Sequence record: NC_019503.1
DNA from: Escherichia phage ime09
Strand: one strand, 5' to 3'
Length of the DNA: 64,000 nucleotides
This document shows positions 39,913-49,875 of the stretch, in pieces. The position numbers and the translations under genes were made by a program. The stretch's first letter is position 1, and each line of letters starts with the position of its first letter. The notes beneath the pieces were generated by a model that was not told where the DNA came from, did no database searches, and was given only the letters and a program-made list of their open reading frames with translations.

Positions 39913-40220
39913 TAATCTTCTATGATATCTCTATCATATCCAAGTGAAATGAGAGTTTCTTTGAAGTGTTTAATGTTCTTTTGTCTAGAATCATTGATGA
40001 AAATGACTGGATAACGAATGTTAAGAGATGTGAATCCAGCGCGTTTAGCAAGAGATACAATCAGTGGACGATCATACTCAATCTTACCATTATTTGTAAG
40101 AACTTTATAGAAAGTAAAAGGAGCATTGAGCTCCTTTAGAAGTTTTGTAACTGATTGACATCCAGGACAACGACCTACTTCATCTGGAATTCCATAGATT
40201 TCAATCTTGTTTTGTTTCAC
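39912..40220 (-). CDS. nrdH: glutaredoxin-like protein NrdH
   Basis: 102 aa; CPGC active-site motif. Confidence 0.75.
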   Translation of the reverse strand: MKQNKIEIYGIPDEVGRCPGCQSVTKLLKELNAPFTFYKVLTNNGKIEYDRPLIVSLAKRAGFTSLNIRYPVIFINDSRQKNIKHFKETLISLGYDRDIIED

Positions 40221-40222
40221 AA

Positions 40223-40459
40223 CTATTCCTTACTAAGAGCAGCATTCAGCTTGTTAGTAATTTTATCCAGACGCTCATTGAATTCGCTAGAAGATAGTCC
40301 TTTTTCTGGAGAAATCAAACTAATTACGAAAAATATAGCAATAAAAGGAATAAGGAAAATAGCTCCAACTGCCATAAACAGAAAGAATGTTACAGTTGTA
40401 AGAAAATCAGCTAAACCTTTGCGAAATTTATACATATTTACCCTTAATTGATTAACCAA
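40223..40459 (-). CDS. small membrane protein (78 aa)
   Basis: one long hydrophobic helix. Confidence 0.5.
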   Translation of the reverse strand: MVNQLRVNMYKFRKGLADFLTTVTFFLFMAVGAIFLIPFIAIFFVISLISPEKGLSSSEFNERLDKITNKLNAALSKE

Positions 40460-40549
40460 GCATTGATAAGCACTAAACTATATTGCGAATAAAATTCTGG
40501 ACCAAAATGAAAAATCATATCATTTATAGTGTCCATAATATAATTCAAT

Positions 40550-41020
40550 TTAATCATGTTTCCACACCCCATCGGTATTTGACCAAAGTCGCTGATTATC
40601 TGATCCTCGCCACAGCTTTTTGGTCGGAAGATTTTTCTCATACTTCCCATCAATAATAACATCAACATATTTAAGCATTTCTAGTTGTTTAATATCTTCA
40701 AACTTATATCCTGTCCACAACCAAATGCTTTTATTGGGATAAAGATTTTTTACTGTTTGAACAATGCAATGAACAACATCTCTATTATCAGGATAAAGAG
40801 GGTCTCCTCCGGTTATAGTTAATCCTTCTATATAATCATTATTCAAACATTCAATTAATTGTTCTAGTGTTTCACCAGTGAATGGAACGCCATTTCTAGC
40901 GTTCCATGTTGATTTATTATAACACCCTTCGCATTTATGCAAACAGCCTGTGACGAAAAGAACGACCCTGCATCCAGGGCCATTCACAAAATCGCAAGGA
41001 TAAAATCTATCATAATTCAT
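40550..41020 (-). CDS. nrdG: anaerobic RNR activating enzyme NrdG (radical SAM)
   Basis: 156 aa; CLHKCEGC cluster motif. Confidence 0.9.
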   Translation of the reverse strand: MNYDRFYPCDFVNGPGCRVVLFVTGCLHKCEGCYNKSTWNARNGVPFTGETLEQLIECLNNDYIEGLTITGGDPLYPDNRDVVHCIVQTVKNLYPNKSIWLWTGYKFEDIKQLEMLKYVDVIIDGKYEKNLPTKKLWRGSDNQRLWSNTDGVWKHD

Positions 41021-42834
41021 TGGTGTTTAACCCTATGCATGATTTCTTTATTTTTGCCGAGATTAAATCCGCGTTCATTCGGATTTCCCAAATAACCACA
41101 AGTTCTTCTTATTGTGTTCATCTTTTTAGGATCAGTTTCTCCACAAATAGAACAAACAAACCCGTTTTCAGTAGGAGTCATTTCATGGGTACTTCCACAC
41201 GTAAAACATTTATCTACTGGCATGTTAACACCAAAATAATCTAAATGTTGTGCAGCATAATCCCATACAGCCTCAAGACCCTTTAGGTTATTTTTCATAT
41301 CAGGAAGTTCAACATAAGAAATGTGACCACCTGTCGCAATGAAATGATATGGTGCTTCGCGAGAAATCTTTTCAAACGGAGTGATATTTTCTTCTACTGA
41401 AACATGGAAACTATTAGTGTACCAGCCTTTATCAGTAACATCCTTTACACTTCCATATTTTTCAGTATCAAGTTTACAGAAGCGATAACAAAGGTTTTCA
41501 GCAGGAGTAGAATACAAGCTAAAAGCAAAACCGGTTCTTTCAGTCCACTGCTTAAGACGAGCATTCATTTTAGTTAAAATTTCCTGTCCAATATCACGAC
41601 CAACAAGAATATTCAATTCGTGAATACCAATGTATCCTAGGGACACTGAACTTCTACCGTTTTTAAATAACTCAATTATGTCATCATCAGGTTTAAGACG
41701 AACCCCGAATGCACCTTCTTGGTAAAGAATAGGAGCAACAGTCGCTTTAACTCCTTTTAAGGAACTGATTCTACACATCAAAGCTTCAAAACACAAATCC
41801 ATTCGTTCGTTGAACAATTCGGCAAATTTCTGTTCATTGAATTGTGTTCCAATATAAGAATCTAACGCAATGCGAGGAAGATTCAGTGTTACAACGCCAA
41901 GATTATTACGTCCATCAAGAATTTCATTACCAGTCGAATCTTTCCATACGCTCAAGAAACTACGGCAACCCATTGGAGAAACAGGAATAGATGAACCGGT
42001 GATAGCTTTATTGTTCTTAGCTGAAATAATATCAGGATACATTCTTTTGCTTGCACACTCTAGAGCAAGCTGCTTAATATCATAGTTCGGATCGTCTTTA
42101 TAAAGATTAACGCCTTCTTCAACGAACATAACAAGCTTAGGGAAAATAGGAGTTATCCCATCGCGACCAAGACCTTTAATGCGATTTTTCAGAATTGCTT
42201 TCTGAATCATTCGTTCAGTCCAGTCAGTTCCCGTACCAAATGTAATTGTTACAAAAGGCGTTTGTCCATTTGAACTAAAGAGAGTATTTACTTCATATTC
42301 ATAAGCTTGGAATGCATCATATACATCTTTTTCTGTTTTAGATTGGGCATAATTCAACGCATCAGCGATTTGCCATTTTTCTGCATCCTCAATATGTTTT
42401 GCATAGGTGCGTTTAACATAAGGAGAAAGTACTTTATCTACATTCGCAAAAGTCGTTCCGCCATATTGATGAGAAGCAACCTGTGCAGTAATTTGTGCCA
42501 TAATTGCAGTAGCAACGCCGATTGATTTAGGAGTTTCAATCTGTGCATTACCAAGCTTAAATCCGTTTTCAAGCATTCCTTTTAAATCTACTAAACAGCA
42601 ATTAGTAAATGGAAGAGCAGGGGAATAATCAATATCATGGAAATGGATAATTCCGCTTTCATGCGCTTTCATAATAAAAGACGGGACCATATTTTTGGCA
42701 ATGTGTTTAGACACAATACCAGCCATAAGGTCCCGTTGAGTTGGAAAAACACGAGAATCTTTATTGGCATTCTCGTTTAAAAGGTCTTTATTAGTTTTAT
42801 GAATCAATCCTTCAATTTCTTTTTCAATTGTCAT
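41017..42834 (-). CDS. nrdD: anaerobic ribonucleoside-triphosphate reductase NrdD, uninterrupted
   Basis: 605 aa; C-terminal glycyl radical motif RTCGYLG and zinc ribbon; no intron. Confidence 0.93.
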   Translation of the reverse strand: MTIEKEIEGLIHKTNKDLLNENANKDSRVFPTQRDLMAGIVSKHIAKNMVPSFIMKAHESGIIHFHDIDYSPALPFTNCCLVDLKGMLENGFKLGNAQIETPKSIGVATAIMAQITAQVASHQYGGTTFANVDKVLSPYVKRTYAKHIEDAEKWQIADALNYAQSKTEKDVYDAFQAYEYEVNTLFSSNGQTPFVTITFGTGTDWTERMIQKAILKNRIKGLGRDGITPIFPKLVMFVEEGVNLYKDDPNYDIKQLALECASKRMYPDIISAKNNKAITGSSIPVSPMGCRSFLSVWKDSTGNEILDGRNNLGVVTLNLPRIALDSYIGTQFNEQKFAELFNERMDLCFEALMCRISSLKGVKATVAPILYQEGAFGVRLKPDDDIIELFKNGRSSVSLGYIGIHELNILVGRDIGQEILTKMNARLKQWTERTGFAFSLYSTPAENLCYRFCKLDTEKYGSVKDVTDKGWYTNSFHVSVEENITPFEKISREAPYHFIATGGHISYVELPDMKNNLKGLEAVWDYAAQHLDYFGVNMPVDKCFTCGSTHEMTPTENGFVCSICGETDPKKMNTIRRTCGYLGNPNERGFNLGKNKEIMHRVKHQ

Positions 42835-43304
42835 TTTAAACTCTTTCTAAGCTGCTTCTTAAATGAAGCTATTAATTGTGTTTTAGTGTCAGATTCATTA
42901 TATTCAAATCCTCTTTGAAGCATCTCAGCCATCATTTCCTCTTTTCCTAAACGAGAAAATTCCTTTGATTTATCTCCAACGAAGTTAGGGTGAATATTAT
43001 TTTGGGTGTAATCGGATTTTAAATAAGTAAGTAAATTTTCCAACCATTCAAGATAATCAACACCTTGTCCCTTTAAGCCAGAACGATTAAATTTATGCTT
43101 CATTTGACCTTCCGCAGCATTGCAAAGATTACAGAGCAATCCACGCACCTTTCCTGCTTTTGGTCCATTTAATTCATGGTCATGGTCGAGGTGATTAGCT
43201 TGAACATCAGGATTTAGTTCTCGTTGGCAAATTAAGCATTTACCATTTTGCGCATTATAAAATTTTTGTTTTTCTTCTTTGTATAATTTGCCAGTCAATA
43301 ACAT
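42831..43304 (-). CDS. 49: endonuclease VII gp49
   Basis: 157 aa, near-identical to remembered T4 gp49. Confidence 0.93.
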   Translation of the reverse strand: MLLTGKLYKEEKQKFYNAQNGKCLICQRELNPDVQANHLDHDHELNGPKAGKVRGLLCNLCNAAEGQMKHKFNRSGLKGQGVDYLEWLENLLTYLKSDYTQNNIHPNFVGDKSKEFSRLGKEEMMAEMLQRGFEYNESDTKTQLIASFKKQLRKSLK

Positions 43305-43312
43305 AATAAAAA

Positions 43313-43337
43313 CCCTTACCTTGAATAGATAAGGGTA
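43313..43337 (-). promoter_or_regulatory. RBS-sequestering hairpin before gene 49
   Basis: 7-bp stem accctta/taagggt; 3' arm carries the AAGGG Shine-Dalgarno; then UUUUUAUU and AUG. Confidence 0.5.
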
Positions 43338-43353
43338 TTTATTATTTCAAGTA

Positions 43354-43818
43354 TTAAAACGCTCGGTCAGAAAAAGAAATTTGAGTTTCAAGCCATTCAA
43401 TATATTCTGCCGCGGCTTGCATTAAATTTCCTTCGTAATCATCAATATCTTTTTTCAACGCCGATTTAGATAATGCATATGAAATTCGTTCACCCTGAAA
43501 TCCAGCTTTAGGTTTATGAAGAACTTGATCAATTCGTTCTACAACTTCTTCAATTTCGCCATTTTCTGCGGATTCAGTATTCCACAAGCACCAATACGTA
43601 ATTGGCTTATCATAGATGTTAATAATCTTTCCATCAGAAAGTTCAATTTCAATAATTCCAGTATCAGGTTCTATATCATCTTCGCATTCTTTTGCAAGTT
43701 CACGAACTTTAAAGACAGTACCTGCACTAAGTTCCGGCCAGTAATTACACAGCCCTTTATCAGCACGATTAATTCTAAACCACTTATCTACTGTAATCAT
43801 GTCCCATCTCCATATCAA
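43354..43818 (-). CDS. hypothetical protein, possibly Pin-like
   Basis: 154-aa ORF next to gene 49 where T4 has pin; not recognised by sequence. Confidence 0.4.
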   Translation of the reverse strand: MIWRWDMITVDKWFRINRADKGLCNYWPELSAGTVFKVRELAKECEDDIEPDTGIIEIELSDGKIINIYDKPITYWCLWNTESAENGEIEEVVERIDQVLHKPKAGFQGERISYALSKSALKKDIDDYEGNLMQAAAEYIEWLETQISFSDRAF

Positions 43819-43923
43819 TTAAGTCATTTATTGTTGGTTCATTATATACTGTTTCTTCATCAGTGTAAACCGGTTCTTCCGGCTCTGGCTCTACAGTTTC
43901 CCATCTAGCCGCCCACCAAGGTT

Positions 43924-44244
43924 TTATAGCGTAATCCATTCTCGTACTGTCTGAGTTATTACACGTTCACGGGGCTCGACTAGTTCAACAGTCGGAACTG
44001 CATAATACCAGTCAGAATGATAAGAACCTGAGCGAGTTTCATTTACGGAAACATGTACATTGTGTTTTGGACTAAAATAAACACACTGACGATATTGGCA
44101 TTTACCATCTTGCACCCAGTCTTCTATTTCGATAGGTTTAAGATAATCCGAAAAATCAAAATCATAATTTTCTGAAAATGCATCATGGTCTTCGATAATT
44201 TCACTCAGAACTGCATCAACATCTAATTTATTTTCAATAGTCAT
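43924..44244 (-). CDS. hypothetical protein (106 aa)
   Basis: co-directional ORF. Confidence 0.5.
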   Translation of the reverse strand: MTIENKLDVDAVLSEIIEDHDAFSENYDFDFSDYLKPIEIEDWVQDGKCQYRQCVYFSPKHNVHVSVNETRSGSYHSDWYYAVPTVELVEPRERVITQTVREWITL

Positions 44245-44254
44245 TTTTCACCAA

Positions 44255-44464
44255 TTAATTTCGCAATTTATTAAGTTCTTCATAATCAATCCAGGATTCT
44301 AGTCCTGATGGCAAATCAGATTCAATTTCCCAAAGAAGCTCTTCAATTTTCTGAAGACGATCTAATTCTTCAGCTGGAATAGTAACCATTGACGGAGTTC
44401 TTGATACACTAATATCGTAAATCATATTTACCCCAGTTTGACCATACAATCGCCGTATTTCCAT
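44255..44464 (-). CDS. hypothetical protein (69 aa)
   Basis: co-directional ORF. Confidence 0.45.
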   Translation of the reverse strand: MEIRRLYGQTGVNMIYDISVSRTPSMVTIPAEELDRLQKIEELLWEIESDLPSGLESWIDYEELNKLRN

Positions 44465-44643
44465 TTAGAAATAGACTTTTCACCGTTAGAATAATAAACT
44501 TCGAGTTTAACACGATTATTTTTAATTTGAATAACCTTTGCTGTCATCAAAGTTCCATACCCGTAATAAACTGCAACCTCATCACCTACATATACCGCGC
44601 TTCCGCGGTAGTCATGGATATAATCAGTTCCTTCGAGCATCAT
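44428..44643 (-). CDS. hypothetical protein (71 aa)
   Basis: co-directional ORF. Confidence 0.45.
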   Translation of the reverse strand: MMLEGTDYIHDYRGSAVYVGDEVAVYYGYGTLMTAKVIQIKNNRVKLEVYYSNGEKSISKWKYGDCMVKLG

Positions 44644-44903
44644 TTAAAGTATTCCCGCAATTGGTCAAATCCACCAATATGACTTCCATCAGGAGCAAAT
44701 ACTTGTGGCATTGTCAAACCAATTTGAGTATCACGACCCAGTTTAGTTAGAAGCTCAGCGATTTTCTCATCATCAAAAACACCTTTTTCCGGCATAATGT
44801 TGATAAATTCAAACGGCTGTTTCTTCACGGTCAAAAGACGTTTTGCATTATCGCAATACACACATTTATGGATGCTGCTATCATAACCATATACTTTAAA
44901 CAT
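44640..44903 (-). CDS. nrdC: thioredoxin/glutaredoxin NrdC
   Basis: 87 aa; CVYC motif; matches T4 NrdC. Confidence 0.85.
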   Translation of the reverse strand: MFKVYGYDSSIHKCVYCDNAKRLLTVKKQPFEFINIMPEKGVFDDEKIAELLTKLGRDTQIGLTMPQVFAPDGSHIGGFDQLREYFK

Positions 44904-44904
44904 A

Positions 44905-45162
44905 TTATTCCTTAATTCCTAGTACTTGTTTAAAAGTCTCGTCGTAATCAAGACTTTGGCCCGTTTGTTCTTTATGTTTGTATATAATATCACTTACTTC
45001 TGATAGCATATTTTTATATGAACGAGTTAAAGCAGATTTAAGCACGCTATATCTATCAGGAAATTTACCATGTTCATTATAATAAGCTATTGCTAATTCA
45101 CGGACTGCCTTTTCAGCAGTCTCCATATATTCTTTACGCTTTGTCATTTTCTTCTCGGTCAA
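44905..45162 (-). CDS. hypothetical protein (85 aa)
   Basis: co-directional ORF. Confidence 0.45.
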
Positions 45163-45415
45163 ATCGGTGTTTACAACGACGACATTTATAGCGAAGATTA
45201 CTAGTCTGCCAATGAACTAATTGTACCTGTTCAGTACCGCATTCAGGACAATTAGGAACGTTTTTAGAAGCCCTTTCGCGACGTTCAACCATAGCCATAA
45301 TAGCATCCCATGCTGGAGGTTTAAAATCTAAATCGTCACAACCATGAATCTTTCCACGCATTTCTAAATCATCTTCTTCACCAGCCATAATAATTTTAAT
45401 TAGATGAAGCTGCAA
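45134..45415 (-). CDS. zinc-ribbon protein (93 aa)
   Basis: CPECG...CRRCKH. Confidence 0.5.
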
Positions 45416-45436
45416 TATCTTCTAATAAGCGCTTTT

Positions 45437-46366
45437 TCATTTCAATACCTCAATAGCATTACGTAAACCATTTGCTTTTGCATTAAGATCTTTTAACAAT
45501 TTGGTGTGTTCGGCAATCTGGGCTTCAACTTCAATCAAACGAGCATTGAGATATTCACGTTCTTCGCTCAAGTTATCAATCTTTTCTACTTTAGGCTCTT
45601 TTACAACTGTCTTATATGTATTAGGGTTCTTCAGTTTAATTAGAATGCGTGAACTGTATAACATTGAACCATTATCTTCGATTTCGTCATACATTTCTAC
45701 TACGTCCATGATTTTTAACATCATGCGAAGTTTATAAGACAACGAACGAATAGTTTTGTTGTGCTTATTAATTTCTCTAGAGTTCATGGTGCCGAGATTA
45801 CGTGAGTAATAATAAGGAACCTGGATATTAATTAACACTGATGAACCACCTGGCTTGTGTGTTACTTCATCAGCAATAACCCAATCCTTAACATGAACTG
45901 TATTTGTACGGTCATCACCCGCGGCAAACAGTTTGCGAGCATGCTTAAAAAGCATATTCACTTGGTCATTGAATTGACAAGCAAATTTATCAGCAAATTT
46001 AGTTTCAGGAATGGTAGATAACCAATCAGCCAAATGAGTCTTTTTAACATCGTTAACAATAGTAAATTCAACCAAATCAGTTATAGATGTCTCAGATTTA
46101 ATAAAGCTCGGCTTCATAAAGTTTTTAATGTTATCGCGAGCTACAGTAGAAGATAACATACGAGAACGTTTAAACCATTGAAGCAAATTGCCCAACGAAT
46201 GAGAATAAGCGTTTTGAGTATCTTTACAGATATGATTTTCCTGGCCAACATATTGAAGGAAATCACGAAGAATATTATTGATTACTGCTCTGTGTCCGAT
46301 CTGATAATTACGGTGTTTAGTAATAAGACTGTCAAAATAATCAATATAATGTTTACGAGTTTTCAT
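45437..46366 (-). CDS. coiled-coil-tailed protein A (309 aa)
   Basis: starts MKTRKHY; C-terminal about 50 aa heptad-like. Confidence 0.55.
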   Translation of the reverse strand: MKTRKHYIDYFDSLITKHRNYQIGHRAVINNILRDFLQYVGQENHICKDTQNAYSHSLGNLLQWFKRSRMLSSTVARDNIKNFMKPSFIKSETSITDLVEFTIVNDVKKTHLADWLSTIPETKFADKFACQFNDQVNMLFKHARKLFAAGDDRTNTVHVKDWVIADEVTHKPGGSSVLINIQVPYYYSRNLGTMNSREINKHNKTIRSLSYKLRMMLKIMDVVEMYDEIEDNGSMLYSSRILIKLKNPNTYKTVVKEPKVEKIDNLSEEREYLNARLIEVEAQIAEHTKLLKDLNAKANGLRNAIEVLK

Positions 46367-46418
46367 GTTCTTCTCACTTGGTTAATGGCTTATACTCCGA
46401 GCCATCCTTGGCTTTAAA

Positions 46419-47420
46419 TTACTTAATTAACTGTAAAGCTTGTTCCAAACGATCAAGGCGATTAACAGATTCTTCCCAAATCCTTTTAGCCTTCTCATAT
46501 TCTTTCTGCGCTTTATTAGAAATTTCTAGAACTTCTTTATAAGCTTTTTCTAGTGCAATAACTTCTGGACGAATTTCTACCGATTCAGGCGAATCATCAA
46601 GATTATCCATTAGTTCCTCAAGTGTAGTTTCTTCTTTAGGAGTATTCACAATTTCATCACATTTTTGTTGGTAAATTTCTTTATCAGTCGGTGAATAAGC
46701 ACATTTCACTTCACGAAGACTAACTACAATTTTGTATCCTTCCCAACCGCATATATTCTTAAAAGGATACGTATGAATATTTTCTACTGTTTCCATACAA
46801 AGTAATGCGGTTTCTAATTGACGAGTTATAGTGCTAGCAATTGAGAAAAATTTATTAATATTCCTTTGGTTAGTTTCTGGTGTAAAAAATCCATAATTCA
46901 CAAAAATAGATACTTTATTTTTATCAAGTTCATATTCTTTTATGATAATCATATCAGAAGCCAAAGGATGAATTTGACGATAATCGCCATAACATAATTT
47001 AGAAGCTGATTTTAGAATCTGTCCTTTGAAAAGCCTGAAATTACTAATCCAACGACGAGTAAAAATATTCTCAGGGTCTTCTTTATTATTAAGATGATAA
47101 GAATTAACATCACCGAACCAATTATATCCTACTACATCTTTGGTTCGTTTAATTTCTTTCCCAAAATTACCAAGAATATCTCGATTAACCAAATATGAAA
47201 GAAGACGAGACTCTTTAAAGGTTTTCTTGATAACATCTTTATCTACACGGCTAGAAATTTTACGAATTTCATGAATAAATTTAACAGAAGAAACAATACT
47301 TGCATCAACACTATTGAGCCATTGATTGATAATGGAAATAACGCTATTTTGGCCAAACATCGGTATAGCTTTATCATCAATAACGCTGTTGAATGATTTG
47401 ATATATTCGTTACGAGTCAT
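46419..47420 (-). CDS. coiled-coil-tailed protein B (about 333 aa)
   Basis: track ORF 46419..47471 trimmed to MTRNEYIKSF with GAGGAG RBS. Confidence 0.55.
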   Translation of the reverse strand: MTRNEYIKSFNSVIDDKAIPMFGQNSVISIINQWLNSVDASIVSSVKFIHEIRKISSRVDKDVIKKTFKESRLLSYLVNRDILGNFGKEIKRTKDVVGYNWFGDVNSYHLNNKEDPENIFTRRWISNFRLFKGQILKSASKLCYGDYRQIHPLASDMIIIKEYELDKNKVSIFVNYGFFTPETNQRNINKFFSIASTITRQLETALLCMETVENIHTYPFKNICGWEGYKIVVSLREVKCAYSPTDKEIYQQKCDEIVNTPKEETTLEELMDNLDDSPESVEIRPEVIALEKAYKEVLEISNKAQKEYEKAKRIWEESVNRLDRLEQALQLIK

Positions 47421-47448
47421 ATTAATCTCCTCAGTAGAAAGTAAGAAC

Positions 47449-47478
47449 ATTATACCACATCCTTGTGGCAAAGTAAAC
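47449..47478 (-). promoter_or_regulatory. early promoter, near-identical 30-mer to the one at 2430..2459
   Basis: attataccacatccttgtggcaaagtaaac; upstream of protein B. Confidence 0.55.
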
Positions 47479-48506
47479 TAGTTTAGTGCATTTAGTGCAT
47501 TGTTCAGTTTAGAACGTTGCTTCGTGAGATTTTTGACTTTTTCTTGAGCTTTTTCTAGCATCTTTTCAGCTTCTAACACCTCATTAGTTGCTTTAACGAG
47601 TTCATCATCTACTGCCTTTATAGACTTCTCAATCGCATCTGCATGCCATTTTTCAACAGGTTTAAGACTCGGATTTTCATCAGGAAGAAAATTCACTTTA
47701 TTGAATTTCCATGCATCCTTATTACCTGAACTATACATCCAAAATTTAGGATCGTTTGATGAGTAATTAGATAAATTTAAATTTAAGTTATCTTGCACTT
47801 CTTGCTTTTTCTCTTGTGTAACTTCGTCCTTTCTCAAAAATTCATATTTAAATGAAACGATCATATCAAGTTCATATGTTGTTGTGTCTAATTTAAATCG
47901 CTCAAAACGAGGTAAAATCTTAGACTGAACAGCGGCAACAACATCCATATACTTAAATGCTTCTGTCAACTGCGATTTAAGGCATTCGCAAATTGAAAGA
48001 GAATTTTTTGTATTAGGTTTAAAGCTAATTCGTGCAGTTCTGTTATTTTCTTTTAATGGTCTTACTTCCATCTGAAGAGTATAACCATCAAATTTCAGGT
48101 TCTTTAAGTTAATGTCAGAACCTTTTAATCGACTAGCCGTGGACAAAATTTGCTTTAATTGTTTACGGAATAGAGCAATAAATCTCCATTCAATACGATA
48201 ATGATTTGGATTGAAAAATCCAGATGATAAATCGACCTTACTTTGACCAACGCCTTGAACAAATAAAGGATTTTTATAATCAATAGTTTTACAGAAATCG
48301 GTGAGCTGCTCACGGGCCGTCATTTGTGTAATATATCCTGCTTTACTAAAATTACGCACCCATTCACTGCTATTCGTATACTTAAAGTGATGAATAACAC
48401 GATTAACTTTATCAGGGTCTAAATTATTTTCACACAAAAATGTCATAGCATCACGAGTATAGCTGGCATTACGAACCATATCTTCAATTTGAGAACGAGT
48501 TTTCAT
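47478..48506 (-). CDS. coiled-coil-tailed protein C (342 aa)
   Basis: starts MKTRSQ; first codons share DNA with protein A. Confidence 0.55.
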   Translation of the reverse strand: MKTRSQIEDMVRNASYTRDAMTFLCENNLDPDKVNRVIHHFKYTNSSEWVRNFSKAGYITQMTAREQLTDFCKTIDYKNPLFVQGVGQSKVDLSSGFFNPNHYRIEWRFIALFRKQLKQILSTASRLKGSDINLKNLKFDGYTLQMEVRPLKENNRTARISFKPNTKNSLSICECLKSQLTEAFKYMDVVAAVQSKILPRFERFKLDTTTYELDMIVSFKYEFLRKDEVTQEKKQEVQDNLNLNLSNYSSNDPKFWMYSSGNKDAWKFNKVNFLPDENPSLKPVEKWHADAIEKSIKAVDDELVKATNEVLEAEKMLEKAQEKVKNLTKQRSKLNNALNALN

Positions 48507-48514
48507 GGTGTTCC

Positions 48515-49405
48515 TTAAGATTTAAGTAAATCAACAATTTTAATTAATTTTTCACGCTCAGATTTAGCTTTACTACTCAGTCCAGATAGTCTGAAAATTT
48601 CATCATCATATTGTTGAATAGAAATATTCAGCTCTTCAATCTGTTTATTAAAATAATCAATTTGTTCAGAATGTTTTTCGTTACTACGAACTGGTACAGG
48701 TTTCGTAGGCAATGTAGTTGAACTGGATTCATCCGGGCGATAAATTAAAATACAACTTGAACCAATAGGGCATTTTGCTCCAGATGAATATTCTAATGTT
48801 CCAGCTTCTTTTAAAACTTCAAAAGCTAAACAGAGATGATGCCCCATATTAACATAATCTGTAGAGCGAGCTCTGATGTAATAATCATCGCCGCGAATAC
48901 TAAATTTAAAACATTTAAGGTCTTCTGTATTATTGGTCTTAAAAATCATTTGTTTATCTAGACCTTTAGCTAATCGAGCGCCCAATGCTAATAATCGGCG
49001 TTGATTTTCCCACAAATCCGCAATCATTTGATCGAATGATAATTTTGGCATCAGTCGACCATAAAGGTCATATCCTTTATTATAATTACGAAGAATTTCA
49101 CTCGCATTAATACGAGACAACGCTCCAATTTTATTAAGGGCTTTCATAATACGATTAGATAAACTCATTCCAGACCCATTTGTTCGCTGTAGATGTTTTT
49201 CTAATCCAAATCCAATATCAACTTTAAACTTATCTAAAATTTCTGCATGAACATCTCTGTCGATAACATTCAAATCCAAAGTTGAGTTAAATCTATGAAA
49301 AAATTTATCTGGCTCTGCACTGCGAAATACAGTCCATTCATTCATCATTTTTTTATTAACTAAAGATTTAATTACTGCATTGACATTATTAATTACTACT
49401 GACAT
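48515..49405 (-). CDS. coiled-coil-tailed protein D (about 296 aa)
   Basis: track ORF 48515..49441 trimmed to MSVVINNV with GAGGA RBS. Confidence 0.55.
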   Translation of the reverse strand: MSVVINNVNAVIKSLVNKKMMNEWTVFRSAEPDKFFHRFNSTLDLNVIDRDVHAEILDKFKVDIGFGLEKHLQRTNGSGMSLSNRIMKALNKIGALSRINASEILRNYNKGYDLYGRLMPKLSFDQMIADLWENQRRLLALGARLAKGLDKQMIFKTNNTEDLKCFKFSIRGDDYYIRARSTDYVNMGHHLCLAFEVLKEAGTLEYSSGAKCPIGSSCILIYRPDESSSTTLPTKPVPVRSNEKHSEQIDYFNKQIEELNISIQQYDDEIFRLSGLSSKAKSEREKLIKIVDLLKS

Positions 49406-49412
49406 ATTTTCC

Positions 49413-49820
49413 TCACTCAATTTCAATTTTACTAAATACACAGAATATGATTGAACAGACTACATAAGCACCACACACAGATTGAACTAATACCATCCCA
49501 AAGAACCAAACAATATTATCAAACAGTGTCTGTTTTACGTCGAAAGGACGTAAACTTACAGTAATATTATCACCTTTTTCTATTGAAGAATACATCTCTG
49601 GGGAAATATATTCACTAAATCTATAACCGTCTTTGAGTTCATATACGGCAATAAACGATAAACTAGACCCTTTTCCTTGTGTTCCTGTAATGGTATTAAC
49701 TACAGTAACATTATAATCTTTATAATGCATATAATCATTAATTGCGTAATAACCGTATGCAACTACTACACATAAACAACATATCAATAAATTCAATCTT
49801 TTAATTATCAACTGTTTCAT
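49413..49820 (-). CDS. membrane protein (135 aa)
   Basis: N-terminal and C-terminal hydrophobic helices. Confidence 0.5.
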   Translation of the reverse strand: MKQLIIKRLNLLICCLCVVVAYGYYAINDYMHYKDYNVTVVNTITGTQGKGSSLSFIAVYELKDGYRFSEYISPEMYSSIEKGDNITVSLRPFDVKQTLFDNIVWFFGMVLVQSVCGAYVVCSIIFCVFSKIEIE

Positions 49821-49875
49821 AATAATCTCAATTAAAAGGGCTTAGAACCATTATACCATCCTTGGTATAAAGCGG

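Noticed and set aside
40444-40668. Minus-strand 74-aa ORF
   Set aside because: Overlaps nrdG in another frame.
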